32,000 bases of DNA from Coprobacillaceae bacterium. Lineage in GTDB: Bacteria > Bacillota_I > Bacilli_A > Erysipelotrichales > Coprobacillaceae. Positions 1 through 9,221 of this stretch are shown one piece after another. The DNA lies in assembly GCA_963675915.1 (NCBI GenBank), contig OY780959.1:1050001-1082000 (forward strand). The letters are read 5' to 3'. The position numbers and the translations under genes were made by a program. The number at the start of each line of letters is the position of its first letter. The first letter of the stretch is position 1. Below the pieces are notes generated by a model that saw nothing but the letters and a program-made list of their open reading frames with translations, did not search any database and was not told the origin of the DNA.

Positions 1-719
1 GCAAGGAGCCTCAAAAGCAGGTCCCGACAACACATATTGCCAAAGCACCCAACGAGGTTTGGAGTTGGGATATTACTTGGTTGCACCGTAAGGATGTTAG
101 GGGAGTTTATTACAAGTTATACATGATAATGGATATTTTCAGCCGGAAGATTGTCGGACATGAAGTGTGGGAAACGGAAAATGCCGAATATTCCCAAACT
201 CTTATAAAAAGGACACTGTTAAAAGAAAAGATAAGTGGCAGATCGCTTGTGCTGCATTCAGATAATGGTGGCCCAATGAAAGCATCATCATTCCTGGGAA
301 CGCTTGAAAAATTAGGTGTGCAAAGCTCGTTTTCAAGGCCGAGAGTAAGTAATGACAATCCATATTCGGAAGCACTGTTCAAAACGCTAAAATACATTCC
401 TAAGTATCCAACCAGCGGGTTTGAATCACTGGAACATGCCCGAGAATGGACTAGTGAATTCGTCCATTGGTACAATGAAGTCCATTACCATAGCGGCATC
501 AATTATGTAACCCCAGGAAGCAGACATCGTGGCGAAGATATCGAGATATTGAAGAATCGCAAAAGTGTTTACGCCCTTGCAAGAATGAAGCATCCTGAGA
601 GATGGAGCGGTAATACTAAAACCTGGGAATATCAAACAACGGTTGCCCTGAATCCAACCGATGAAGAAAAAAACATGATCCAGAAAAAGAAATATCAAAC
701 AAACCAAATCTACGCATAA
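1..719 (+). CDS. IS3-family DDE transposase (OrfB, integrase-core domain); 5' end lies outside the window
   Basis: The frame is open from base 3 (KEPQKQVPTTHIAKAPNEVWSWDITWLH...), so the TTG at 81 used by the ORF track is internal. Motifs WDIT, HSDNGGPM, SRPRVSNDNPYSEALFKTLKY and WYN..HYHSG match the D,D(35)E core of IS3-family OrfB proteins. Confidence 0.85.
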   Translation, partial: KEPQKQVPTTHIAKAPNEVWSWDITWLHRKDVRGVYYKLYMIMDIFSRKIVGHEVWETENAEYSQTLIKRTLLKEKISGRSLVLHSDNGGPMKASSFLGTLEKLGVQSSFSRPRVSNDNPYSEALFKTLKYIPKYPTSGFESLEHAREWTSEFVHWYNEVHYHSGINYVTPGSRHRGEDIEILKNRKSVYALARMKHPERWSGNTKTWEYQTTVALNPTDEEKNMIQKKKYQTNQIYA

Positions 720-760
720 TTAATTCAAAAAAATGCGTCAACTATATTGACAAACTCCGT

Positions 761-946
761 GACAATGCACCAATGGAACGATATTTCAACACTTTAAAAA
801 ATGAATATCTCAAGATATTTACCTTTAAAACATTCCAGGAGCAGTACCAAGGAATCATTGAATTTAGCTATGTTAAATATAATCATAAGCGGCCTCATTC
901 ATTTAATGGTGGCCTCCCGCCAAGTATTGCCCGACATGCAAATTAA
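761..946 (+). pseudogene. C-terminal relic of another IS3-family transposase
   Basis: Translates to DNAPMERYFNTLKNEYLKIFTFKTFQEQYQGIIEFSYVKYNHKRPHSFNGGLPPSIARHAN*, the DN..E..F..LK.E / YN..RPH tail of IS3 OrfB proteins. No N-terminal part is present. The track ORF 801..983 is in a different frame and looks spurious. Confidence 0.7.
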
Positions 947-1005
947 AATTTTATACCTTGGGGGAATGCGGACAAAATCTTAGACTTTCTTGAAAGGATT
1001 TTGAT

Positions 1006-1406
1006 ATGTATTCATATGAACAACGTAAAATTGCAATTGACCTTTATATCAAATATGATCTTCAGGTTAACCCAGTTATAAAAGAATTAGGATATCCCTC
1101 AAGGAGAATATTATACAAGTGGTACAAAGAATTTTTGGAACTGGGAGGATTACCTCATAAACATACCAAAAAATCAAATTATTCGGACGAACAAAAAAAG
1201 ATTGCTGTAGATCATTACTTTGAACATGGCAAGTCTCTTGCCAATACAATTAGAAAATTGGGTTATCCGACAAAAGTCACTTTGAGATCTTGGATTGACG
1301 AAGTTTCCCCGGTTTCAACAAAGCGTTGTGATACTGGCAAATACGTAGTAAGATATCCATATAGTAAAAAGAAACAGGCTGTTTATGATCTTTGCCAACG
1401 CGAGAG
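1006..1406 (+). pseudogene. Outer IS3 transposase, fragment 1 of 4 (N-terminal double helix-turn-helix region)
   Basis: MYSYEQRKIAIDLYIKYDL...AVYDLCQRE, then cut by the IS at 1407. The ESG* tail of track ORF 1006..1413 is read from the inserted IR. Confidence 0.8.
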
Positions 1407-1480
1407 TGGATAGGCTACAATATGCTGGACACAATTTATACGAAGCCGTATTATAGTAGATAACATGACAGGAGATTAAT

Positions 1481-1765
1481 ATGGCTAGAAGAGAACGTAG
1501 AGTATTCAGTGAAGAATTCAAACAACAAATGGTAAATTTATACCGTAGTGGAAAACCGCGAAGCGAGATTATCAGAGAATATGATTTGACACCCTCATCA
1601 TTTGGAAAATGGATTAGACAGTCAAGTGACAGCGGATCTTTCAAAGAAAAAGATAACCGCAGTCCTGAAGAAAACGAATTAATCCAACTACGCAAAGAAA
1701 ACCAAAAATTGAAGATGGAAAATGATATTTTAAAGCAGGCAGCTCTGATTATGGGACGAAAGTAA
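1481..1765 (+). CDS. IS3-family OrfA (HTH DNA-binding protein with leucine-zipper-like C-terminus)
   Basis: 94 aa, MARRERRVFSEEFKQQMVNLYRSGKPRSEIIREYDL...LRKENQKLKMENDILKQAALIMGRK. This is typical OrfA, and the ATG follows aggagattaat. Confidence 0.9.
   Translation: MARRERRVFSEEFKQQMVNLYRSGKPRSEIIREYDLTPSSFGKWIRQSSDSGSFKEKDNRSPEENELIQLRKENQKLKMENDILKQAALIMGRK
1729..1735 (+). promoter_or_regulatory. Candidate -1 programmed ribosomal frameshift heptamer T TTA AAG (orfA to orfB)
   Basis: orfB is in the -1 frame relative to orfA. The orfB frame is open from 1726, after a TGA at 1723-1725. The X XXY YYZ heptamer TTTAAAG lies in the correct phase of orfA (att tta aag) inside the 1726-1765 overlap. 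Confidence 0.5.
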
Positions 1766-1767
1766 AG

Positions 1768-2595
1768 GTGATCAGGGCCAACTCTCATAAGTATTCAGTT
1801 AAAGCAATGTGCAAGTGCCTTAATATTTCAAGATCCGGTTATTATGGTTATCAGGAGACAGAATCTTCAATTGACGAACACAATGATGACGTGGTTAAAA
1901 TATTCAATGAGAACCAAAGAGTCTATGGAACTCGTAAGATAAAGGTCGAATTGAATAAATTAGGAATTCAATTGTCTCGGCGAAGAATTTCAAGGATAAT
2001 GCGCTTTAACGGGTTGGTCTCAGCCTATACGATCAAAAAGTATAAAGCTTCAAGTAAATCAGTTGTAAATGAGGCTAATATTAAAAACGAAATTAAGCGA
2101 GAGTTTTCAGGTCGTCGTGAAAAAGAAGTCATTGTCAGTGATTTGACGTATGTGCGAGTGGGAAATGTCTGGCACTATATCTGCGTCATCATCGATTTGT
2201 ATAATCGGGAAATAGTCGGCCATAGTTGTGGAAGACACAAAAATGCCCAATTGGTATACCAGGCATTTACGAGAATCAGGTCTAGCCTGTATGATTTCGA
2301 ATATTTTCACACTGACCGTGGCAGTGAATTTGACAACTATCTTATTGAGGAAGTATTGAAAACCTTTGAGATAAAACAATCATTGAGTCGAAAGGGTAAT
2401 CCGTATGACAATGCAGTTGCAGAAGCACAATTTAAAATCATCAAAACCGAATTCGTATATCCAAGACGATTCGATACCCTGGATCAATTACATCTTGAAC
2501 TTGAAGCGTATGTGTTTTGGTTCAACAATAAGAGAATACATTCAACGCTGGGGTACTTATCCCCAGTTGAATATAGGAGTGGGCGCTTCGTATAA
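1768..2595 (+). CDS. IS3-family OrfB (DDE transposase), probably made as an OrfAB fusion by -1 frameshifting
   Basis: Motifs SDLTYVRVGNVWHYICVIIDLYNREIVG, HTDRGSEF, NPYDNAVAEAQFKIIKTE and NNKRIHSTLGYLSPVEY. The GTG at 1768 is only the first possible start in the track; the frame is open from 1726. Confidence 0.9.
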   Translation: MIRANSHKYSVKAMCKCLNISRSGYYGYQETESSIDEHNDDVVKIFNENQRVYGTRKIKVELNKLGIQLSRRRISRIMRFNGLVSAYTIKKYKASSKSVVNEANIKNEIKREFSGRREKEVIVSDLTYVRVGNVWHYICVIIDLYNREIVGHSCGRHKNAQLVYQAFTRIRSSLYDFEYFHTDRGSEFDNYLIEEVLKTFEIKQSLSRKGNPYDNAVAEAQFKIIKTEFVYPRRFDTLDQLHLELEAYVFWFNNKRIHSTLGYLSPVEYRSGRFV

Positions 2596-2627
2596 AAACT
2601 GTCCGAATAAGTGTTGCCATTCCAGAG

Positions 2628-3327
2628 TTCAGCCGAAATTATTGCAACTGAACATGGAGTTCCAAGATCAACTCTTTATGACTGGAAGAATCAATTGCTT
2701 AGTAAGGAGAAAAAATTATCTATGCTAAAACAAAATGATAGTGTCAAAAGGAAAGTGAATAATTCTCTAGAACAACATGATGAAGAAAAAACTGAACTGA
2801 AGCAAAAAATTGAAGAGCTAAAGAAGGAAGTATTCCGGTTGGAGTTAGAACGCGATATTTTAGAAAAGGCGACTGAACTATTAAAAAAAGAAATGAGCAT
2901 TAATCAAAACTGTTTGACTAATAGAGAAAAAACCACCTTGATTGATGCTCTAAAAACGAAATACGGGATAAACTTGTTACTTAAATATCTAAAAATGCCT
3001 AGGAGTAGCTATTTTTACAATGAAAGAGCGGTTAAAATGGGAGATAAGTACCGTGACATTAGAAAGAATGTTATTAGAATCTTTCATGAATCTGGTGATA
3101 GTTATGGATATCGCAGGATTTATGCCGTTCTCAAAAATGAAGGTTATTGTATATCTGAAAAAGTTGTCCGTAGAATAATGAATGAAGAGCTTCTAATTGT
3201 ACATCGAGTAAAAAAAAGAAAATATAGTTCCTACAAAGGAGAAATAAGTCCCGCGGTTGAAAATGTCATAAAAAGAGATTTTCACGCGGGAAAACCGAAT
3301 GAAAAATGGTTAACCGATATAACAGAG
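2628..3327 (+). pseudogene. Outer IS3 transposase, fragment 2 of 4
   Basis: (S)SAEIIATEHGVPRSTLYDWKNQLL...GKPNEKWLTDITE, then cut by IS66 at 3328. The VCVK* tail of track ORF 2611..3342 is read from the IS66 IR. Confidence 0.8.
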
Positions 3328-3370
3328 GTATGCGTCAAATAGAGCGGTGGGAGAATATTTAATGGTATGC

Positions 3371-3419
3371 AAAAAGGAATCCGGGGGACAGTTTGTTACC
3401 GTCTTGGGATTCCTTTTTT
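3371..3419 (-). terminator. Hairpin at the end of tnpC (copy 1)
   Basis: Mirror of the hairpin at 29016-29064: arms AAAAAGGAATCC / GGATTCCTTTTT ending in a T run. The left arm overlaps the last tnpC codons. Confidence 0.4.
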
Positions 3420-5156
3420 GAGGCCCTTGATCTCCTTCGTGGTCAATTGACGCAGGTATGTTGGCAGTTCCTTATTGTAGGGTAGTAGTTTTCTAATTTC
3501 TTCTTCATCAGTAGGATCGATTCCCGGAAGACGTTCCAGTACGTACGTCATGTACATGTACGGTGACAGCTTGTTTTCCTGGGCGCTCAACAGTATCGAA
3601 TAGATTATCGCTGCGGCTTGCGCTCCTTTGGGGCTTGTATAGAATTTACATCGATTCCTTGATACGACAAACGGTCTGATAGCTCGCTCCGTGCTTGAAT
3701 TGTCGAATGGAACTTTCGGGTTATTGAATACCTCGCTGAATTCCTTTTCGTGGTTCATTAGATATTTGATTGCCTTAAGCAAGGTTGGTTTCATATTAAC
3801 TTCGGGCAACAGGATTATTTCTTTAAGGTACGCTAAAAACTTATCGTAGATTGGCTTTACGACATCATTTCGGCCCTTATGAATATATTGGAAATATTTA
3901 TCCTGGTTCTTTGAGTATTTTCCCTTAGCAGCCGTTTCAATCTTGTTCTTGGCTTCGAATACTTTTTTGTAATATCGGTAGCAAGTGTATTCGTAGCTTT
4001 GATTTTTATCGGTGCCTTTTGGCAGTACATCCAAGGCTTCCCGGAAATAGCGAAAGGCATGAACGTGGCAAAAACAGTTGGTGACATTTTCAAGTGACTC
4101 GTAGACGCCGTAAGCATCGGTTACCAGGTAGTGGGAGTAATCACCGATGAAATCCTCAGCTACCCGTTTTGAACGACTAGGATCATAACGGTACAAGATT
4201 ATCGGCGCCTCATATTGGCAACTTCTCATGACCCACATGAAGGATTTGCTTTGCACTGGTTTGCCGTCTTCCTTTAGAACCTGGGTGGTGGTTTCATCGC
4301 AGTGGATCACTTCCATGGACAACAAGTCCTTGTGCATGCACTCAAACAACAGGTTAAGATGAACCGATGCCTTGATCATCCAGTTGGCCATATTCTGTCT
4401 AGGGATGACGATGTCATTTTCAAGGAAACGTTTTTCCTGAGCAGCCAGTGGCAAACCCTTTAAATATTTCATGTCCATTATAGTTGCAATCAGTGATGGC
4501 GATGCAATGCTTCCCTTGATAACCGGTTGTCTTCCAGGAACTTTCTTGTAAGATGATTTACCTTCCAAGTTGTGTTCCTGACAAGCAACACATTCGTATA
4601 CCGGTGTACGGTAAATATTCAATTCAACTTTGGCGGGTGTATAGACAAGTTCTTTTCTTTCATCGTATTTTTTGATTGTCATAGTTGTACCACAAAGATC
4701 GCAAACGTCGAAACCATCAGGAGTTTCTTCTGTAATTATATTGGTTTTGAGATGGTCATAATTGATATGTTTTTCTTTGGGGATTCTAACTTTTCTTTTG
4801 TAACCTTTGATTTCCGTAGTTTCGAATTCTTCGGTTTCAGTAGCATTATCAAAATCAACACCAATTAGACTAAACAGATCAGGACCTTGGTTATATTCCT
4901 TAATATTGTTGCGTTGGGAGCTGTAGCGGGCGTTTTCCAATAATTTGATGTATTCGTTTTTCTGTTGTAGTTCAAGTTTGCGTTCTTTGATTTCAGCTGC
5001 CATTTTATCAATATCGGCAGACAAATGCTTCTTTTCTCTAATAAGTTTTTCTTTTGAAATACGGTCGGATTCGATTTTGGCATAGAGTTCCTGTTCACGT
5101 TGTTTGAACGCTTCGATAAGTTCTTCTTTTGTCATATCTTCCATCAATTTGATCAC
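3396..5156 (-). CDS. tnpC: IS66-family transposase TnpC
   Basis: 586 aa with an N-terminal coiled coil. Zinc-ribbon-like CDLCG...CVAC, then HCDETTTQVL, YLVTDAYGVY, CFCHVHAFRYF and NSSTERAIRPFVVSRNRCKF (IS66 DDE core). GTG start preceded by AGAGGTGGA. Confidence 0.9.
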   Translation of the reverse strand: MIKLMEDMTKEELIEAFKQREQELYAKIESDRISKEKLIREKKHLSADIDKMAAEIKERKLELQQKNEYIKLLENARYSSQRNNIKEYNQGPDLFSLIGVDFDNATETEEFETTEIKGYKRKVRIPKEKHINYDHLKTNIITEETPDGFDVCDLCGTTMTIKKYDERKELVYTPAKVELNIYRTPVYECVACQEHNLEGKSSYKKVPGRQPVIKGSIASPSLIATIMDMKYLKGLPLAAQEKRFLENDIVIPRQNMANWMIKASVHLNLLFECMHKDLLSMEVIHCDETTTQVLKEDGKPVQSKSFMWVMRSCQYEAPIILYRYDPSRSKRVAEDFIGDYSHYLVTDAYGVYESLENVTNCFCHVHAFRYFREALDVLPKGTDKNQSYEYTCYRYYKKVFEAKNKIETAAKGKYSKNQDKYFQYIHKGRNDVVKPIYDKFLAYLKEIILLPEVNMKPTLLKAIKYLMNHEKEFSEVFNNPKVPFDNSSTERAIRPFVVSRNRCKFYTSPKGAQAAAIIYSILLSAQENKLSPYMYMTYVLERLPGIDPTDEEEIRKLLPYNKELPTYLRQLTTKEIKGLKKGIPRR

Positions 5157-5183
5157 TTGAATCCACCTCTTTCCACTAGTGGC

Positions 5184-5192
5184 ATTGTAGCA
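5184..5192 (-). promoter_or_regulatory. Candidate extended -10 (TGCTACAAT) upstream of tnpC, copy 1
   Basis: The reverse complement of 5184-5192 is TGCTACAAT. It lies in the 147-bp tnpB-tnpC spacer, about 28 nt upstream of the GTG. Confidence 0.3.
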
Positions 5193-5303
5193 TAAAAAGC
5201 CCTGAAAGTCTTGATTTCACGGCAATTTATAAAAGATGTGAATAACTTCAAAAGGCATAAGATAAACCCACAAATAAATGTGAATTACTCTTATGCGTAG
5301 GGG

Positions 5304-5663
5304 CTATATCATTACTGAAATGTCCTTGAATGCCCTTTTCTGTTCAATTGCCAATCCATCAAGCAACCAACTCAACTGACGGATGTCAACAACCATTGAA
5401 GTGATATCTTCATCACCCTTGGGCCAGAAGAACTTATCTTTATTAAGCAGCTTCTTGGAGTGGATGACAAATCCGTTCTTGTCGAACTCCAGCATCTTGA
5501 TGCTTTTCTTGGATCTGTTGCAAAAGATGTACAGGTTATTGGCGGTGGGGTCAAGATACAGGCTGTGGGATACAATCGCACTTAAGCCAGCGTAGCTTTT
5601 CCTAAGATCGGTTGCCCCAGGAACCAGATAAATATTGTCGAAGTCTTCAAACCTAAGCTTCAT
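5304..5663 (-). CDS. tnpB: IS66-family accessory protein TnpB
   Basis: 119 aa: IYLVPGATDLRKSYAGLSAIV...LYIFCNRSKKSIKMLEFDKNGFVIHSKKL...WP. This is the conserved IS66 Orf2 pattern, and it overlaps the tnpA stop. Confidence 0.9.
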   Translation of the reverse strand: MKLRFEDFDNIYLVPGATDLRKSYAGLSAIVSHSLYLDPTANNLYIFCNRSKKSIKMLEFDKNGFVIHSKKLLNKDKFFWPKGDEDITSMVVDIRQLSWLLDGLAIEQKRAFKDISVMI

Positions 5664-6015
5664 TGATCATACCTATCAGTTTAGCCAGAGTTTCCAAGTC
5701 TGTCGAGTCGTCAACCGAAATAGTAGCCTTGCCAATATTGACATCGAACCCCTTGGAAACAACTTTACTGTTGCAATCAACAATATCCAGCCTGACAAGA
5801 GCTGTAGTAAATCCAGAATCCTTAACTTCATCTCTTGAGCGATTCAAATATGGCTTAGAATACTTGTGGTAGCAAAAAGCATTGTACGAAACATCGTTAG
5901 CCAAACACCATTTTTTAATGGTCAGATCACTATTGGCAGCCTCAGTAAATATCACCTGCCACTGATCATCAGAATAATTCAAATCATCACACCTCCAATT
6001 CGATGTGATAATCAT
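5653..6015 (-). CDS. tnpA: IS66-family TnpA (small HTH protein)
   Basis: 120 aa and the first gene after the IR. WQVIFTEAANSDLTIKKWCLANDVSYNAFCYH is HTH-like, and the position is conserved upstream of and overlapping tnpB. Confidence 0.8.
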   Translation of the reverse strand: MIITSNWRCDDLNYSDDQWQVIFTEAANSDLTIKKWCLANDVSYNAFCYHKYSKPYLNRSRDEVKDSGFTTALVRLDIVDCNSKVVSKGFDVNIGKATISVDDSTDLETLAKLIGMINEA

Positions 6016-6070
6016 ACCATCAATGAACTCGACAACCTACCACCGCTCTATTTGACGCATACTAACAGAG

Positions 6071-6466
6071 TTTCATATTTCAGCAGGAAAAATTTATTTA
6101 TCACCTATAATTGACTGTTTTGATGGAATGGTGGTATCGTGGTCTATAGGAACTTCTCCAGATGCGAATTTGGTGAACAGCATGTTAGAAGACGCTATAC
6201 AGACATTAAGTGATGATCAAAAGCCTATAGTTCATTCTGACCGCGGATGTCACTATAGATGGCCAGGGTGGATACAAAGAATGAGACAGGCTGAACTAAT
6301 ACGATCCATGTCAAAAAAAGGCTGTAGTTCAGATAACGCTGCCTGTGAAGGTTTTTTTGGAAGACTTAAAAATGAAATGTTTTATGGCAGATCATGGATA
6401 AACACGAGTAGAGCAGAATTTATAGATATTTTAAATGAATATATTAGATGGTATAATCAAAAACGA
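6071..6466 (+). pseudogene. Outer IS3 transposase, fragment 3 of 4 (DDE core)
   Basis: FHISAGKIYLSPIIDCFDGMVVSWSIG...VHSDRGCHYRW...SKKGCSSDNAACEGFFGRLKNE...IRWYNQKR. The ECNINRVSCARTA* tail of track ORF 6128..6508 is read from the IS256 end. Confidence 0.8.
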
Positions 6467-6567
6467 GAGTGTAATATTAACCGTGTAAGTTGTGCGCGTA
6501 CGGCATAACTTCACGGTTTTTATTTTTGTCTATGATATAATGGAAAAATACAGGAGGAATCTAGATT

Positions 6568-7520
6568 ATGGCAAAAACCAAACGAAATCCTAACACTGCT
6601 GCACTCGCACAAGAAATACTAAAACAATATAACCCGGAATCGGTCGATGATATGAATGATGCCCTTAAAGATATTTTCGGATCACTATTTGAAGGGATGC
6701 TCCAAGGCGAGATGAACAATCATCTTGGCTACGAAAATAATGACAAAGGGCCCAAAGATGGTGATAATCGCCGAAACGGCTATGGCAAGAAAACTCTCAA
6801 GACGTCTCACGGAAAAGTTGATGTTGATGTTCCCCGGGACCGAGACGGTTCGTTTGAACCCCAAATAGTTCCTAAGAGGAAACGTGATGTTTCTGCTATT
6901 GAAGGCAAGGTGATTTCGATGTATGCCCGCGGGATGTCTCAACGAGATATTTCAAAGACAGTCGAAGAAATATACGGATTCGAGATATCACACGAGATGA
7001 TTTCGGATATTACCGACACAATCATTCCGCAATTAGAAGAATGGCGTAATCGTCCATTACAGAGATGCTATGCTTTTCTGTTCGTTGATTGCATGTACGT
7101 CACACTAAGAAGTGGTTACGAAGCCAAAGAATGCGCTGTTTATACAATTTTGGGATACGATCTTAATGGCCACAAGGAAATTCTTGGCCTATGGTTAAGT
7201 GAGAGCGAAAGCAAAAACTACTGGATGCAAATATTTGATGAATTAAAAGCCCGTGGTTTGGAAGATGTCTTCTTCGTATCTATGGATGGCGTCAGCGGTC
7301 TGGAAGATGGTGCTAAAGCCATTTTCCCAAAAGTAATTGTCCAACGATGCATTGTTCATTTGATTAGAAATTCATTACGCTACGTCCCGAGTAAAGATTA
7401 TAAGAAATTCACTCAAGATCTCAAAAAAGTATATGGTGCTATAAATCTTAAAGCAGCCACTCACGCATTTGATATATTACAAAGCACTTGGCATGAATAT
7501 CCAGGGGCACTCGATGTGTG
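6568..7520 (+). pseudogene. IS256-family transposase, N-terminal part (interrupted by IS66 element B)
   Basis: MAKTKRNPNTAALAQEILKQY...MLQGEMNNHLGYE...DRDGSFEPQIVPKRKRD...CYAFLFVDCMYVTLR...VSMDGVSGL are IS256 signatures. AGGAGG lies 10 nt before the ATG. The frame continues exactly at 10027. Confidence 0.85.
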
Positions 7521-7546
7521 GTAAGCGTCAAATAGAAGGCACCTAC

Positions 7547-7578
7547 AAATGAAAAGAGCCCCAGTGTATAATGGGCTC
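7547..7578 (-). terminator. Rho-independent terminator candidate after tnpC of element B
   Basis: The minus-strand RNA would read GAGCCC-AUUAUACACUG-GGGCUC followed by UUUUCAUUU, about 40 nt after the tnpC stop. Confidence 0.5.
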
Positions 7579-7617
7579 AGTTGGATATTTACGTTGATGC
7601 ACTAAAAGATCATATTT

Positions 7618-9189
7618 CTATGATTTTTTAGTGATATACAGTTCTTTTGGCAGTTTTGCCCACGGCATTACTGTTTCCAATGATTTTTCATCAGTTATAT
7701 CCAGATCCGGCAAACGGTCTAGGATATACTGGAAATAATCATATGGTTTGAGATTGTTCATTTTGGCTGACTCAACCAAGCTGTAAATGTAGGAACTGCT
7801 ATTGGCACCTTTAACTGTATTCATAAACAGCCAATTCTTGCGGCCGACAGTGAACGGTCTGATGATGTTTTCAGCTGCATTGTTGCTGATATCTATTCTC
7901 CCATCACTAATATATGTTCTCAACTTTGATTCTTGATTGTAAGCATAGTTGATTGCTTCGCCTAAATGAGATTTAGGTAGAGCAACCTTTTTAAGTTCAT
8001 GGATTTTTTTGAAGAATTCATTCACTTTCTTCAATGACTTTTCCTGCCGAATTTTGGTCAGTTTGTTATAATCGCAATCTTTGTGCTTTCTCTCTATGGC
8101 GAACAGCTCGTTGATCATTGCGAAACATTTATATGTCTCGGTAGACTCAAGATTGACATTTTTAGGAACCAGATCCAAAGCTTCTTTGAATTTCCTTCTA
8201 GCATGAGCCCAACAACCTGCCTGAGTTACACCTTCGACTTTGTCATATGCCTGGTAACCGTCTGATATCAAAACTCCTTTGAAATCTTCAAGGTAATTAA
8301 CGGCGTGCTTATGGGCGCGGCTTGGCTCGTAGTTAAACAGTACGTATTGATTGGCTTCGCTTCTGCCAGTCATATAGACCCACATGTATGATTTCGATGA
8401 TGCCGCTTTACCTGGTTCATGTAGCACTTGGACGCTGGTCTCATCGGCATTGATATACTGGGCCTTCATCAGCTGTTTATACATGTAGTCAATCAATGGT
8501 TTGAAGTAGTTATTTGATACCCTGATCAGCCAGTTTGACATGTTCTGACGATTCAGATTGATCCTCATTCTTTGATAGGAAACTTCCTGACGGTATAACG
8601 GCAACGATTTGACATACTTGTCATTGATGATATTTGCCACCAGTGAAGCTGAAGCAATGCTACCGCTGATCAATGGCGTTGGTCCATTAGCTTTGATAAT
8701 GGTTGCTTCGATGTCGTTCTTCTCGCAATTGCGGCAGCTGTAGATGTGTTCGACATGATTAATCACTTCCACTTTGGCAGGAACGAAAATAAGTTCTTTG
8801 CGAACTTTTTTCGACATCTCATGCAATTCATGATTGCATTTAGGACAAACCTTTTCATCAGCACTCAAAACATAATCAATCGTAGTGTTCTTCAAGGAAT
8901 CCAAATCCATAATTCTTGATTTCTTTTTGCGCTTATGAGATTTTACTTCGGTGATATTTGATTCATCATTGATCGGTGTTGATTCAAATTCAATCTCATC
9001 AAACAAAGACAACTGATCAACATGAACTTTTTCAGACGATTGACCAAACAATTTCTTCTGCTGCAGTCTGACCTGTTCCTTGTACCAGCTGTTCTCTTGA
9101 GATAATTGTTCTACTTTTGTATGTAAAGCCATGTAGGATTTTTCTAATTCCTCACGTGACATTTTCTTGATATTAACGGTATTTTTCAT
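7618..9189 (-). CDS. tnpC: IS66-family transposase TnpC (element B)
   Basis: 523 aa with an N-terminal coiled coil. CPKCNHEL...CRNC, then NADETSVQVL, VLISDGYQAY, GCWAHARRKF and SNNAAENIIRPFTVGRKNWLF. Confidence 0.9.
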   Translation of the reverse strand: MKNTVNIKKMSREELEKSYMALHTKVEQLSQENSWYKEQVRLQQKKLFGQSSEKVHVDQLSLFDEIEFESTPINDESNITEVKSHKRKKKSRIMDLDSLKNTTIDYVLSADEKVCPKCNHELHEMSKKVRKELIFVPAKVEVINHVEHIYSCRNCEKNDIEATIIKANGPTPLISGSIASASLVANIINDKYVKSLPLYRQEVSYQRMRINLNRQNMSNWLIRVSNNYFKPLIDYMYKQLMKAQYINADETSVQVLHEPGKAASSKSYMWVYMTGRSEANQYVLFNYEPSRAHKHAVNYLEDFKGVLISDGYQAYDKVEGVTQAGCWAHARRKFKEALDLVPKNVNLESTETYKCFAMINELFAIERKHKDCDYNKLTKIRQEKSLKKVNEFFKKIHELKKVALPKSHLGEAINYAYNQESKLRTYISDGRIDISNNAAENIIRPFTVGRKNWLFMNTVKGANSSSYIYSLVESAKMNNLKPYDYFQYILDRLPDLDITDEKSLETVMPWAKLPKELYITKKS

Positions 9190-9195
9190 ATCTAG

Positions 9196-9204
9196 ATTAT
9201 ACCA
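9196..9204 (-). promoter_or_regulatory. Candidate extended -10 (TGGTATAAT) 6 nt upstream of the tnpC ATG (element B)
   Basis: The reverse complement of 9196-9204 is TGGTATAAT. The ATG is at 9189 and I see no Shine-Dalgarno between them, which would fit a leaderless transcript. Confidence 0.3.
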
Positions 9205-9221
9205 AAAAATCGGCCAAGTTA

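Larger units (their letters stand above)
1407..2624 (+). mobile_element. Intact IS3-family insertion sequence (orfA/orfB type), 1218 bp
   Basis: About 40-bp imperfect IRs: TGGATAGGCTACAATATGCTGGACACAATTTATACGAAGC at 1407 versus the reverse complement of 2585-2624, TGGAATGGCAACACTTATTCGGACAGTTTTTATACGAAGC. It is flanked by a 3-bp direct repeat GAG (1404-1406 and 2625-2627). Excision restores the host frame ...CQRESSAEIIATEHG... Confidence 0.85.
3328..6062 (-). mobile_element. IS66-family element A, copy 1 (2735 bp, tnpA-tnpB-tnpC on the minus strand)
   Basis: Perfect 23-bp terminal IRs, GTATGCGTCAAATAGAGCGGTGG at 3328-3350 and its reverse complement at 6040-6062. An 8-bp target duplication TAACAGAG is present at 3320-3327 and 6063-6070. 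It is near-identical to 26373-29107. Confidence 0.95.

Noticed and set aside
801-983. 60-aa ORF between the first two IS remnants
   Set aside because: A different frame of the same DNA gives a clean IS3 transposase C-terminal relic (761-946). The ORF itself has no RBS and no recognisable features.
2405-2728. 107-aa ORF crossing the right end of the nested IS3 element
   Set aside because: It is out of frame with orfB and with the host transposase fragment, and it spans the IS boundary, so it looks like a chance frame.
4572-6114. Track ORFs antisense to or overlapping the IS66-A genes (4572..4868, 4865..5098, 5372..5581, 5383..5595, 5635..5838, 5663..5872, 5866..6114) and their mirror images in copy 2
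   Set aside because: These are shadow frames of the well-supported tnpA, tnpB and tnpC genes. They have low-complexity or odd composition, no RBS, and no recognisable motifs.
6128-6508. 126-aa ORF as an independent small integrase-like gene
   Set aside because: It is the third fragment of the outer IS3 transposase. The frame is open upstream to the IS66 junction at 6071, and its last 13 codons are read from the IS256 end.
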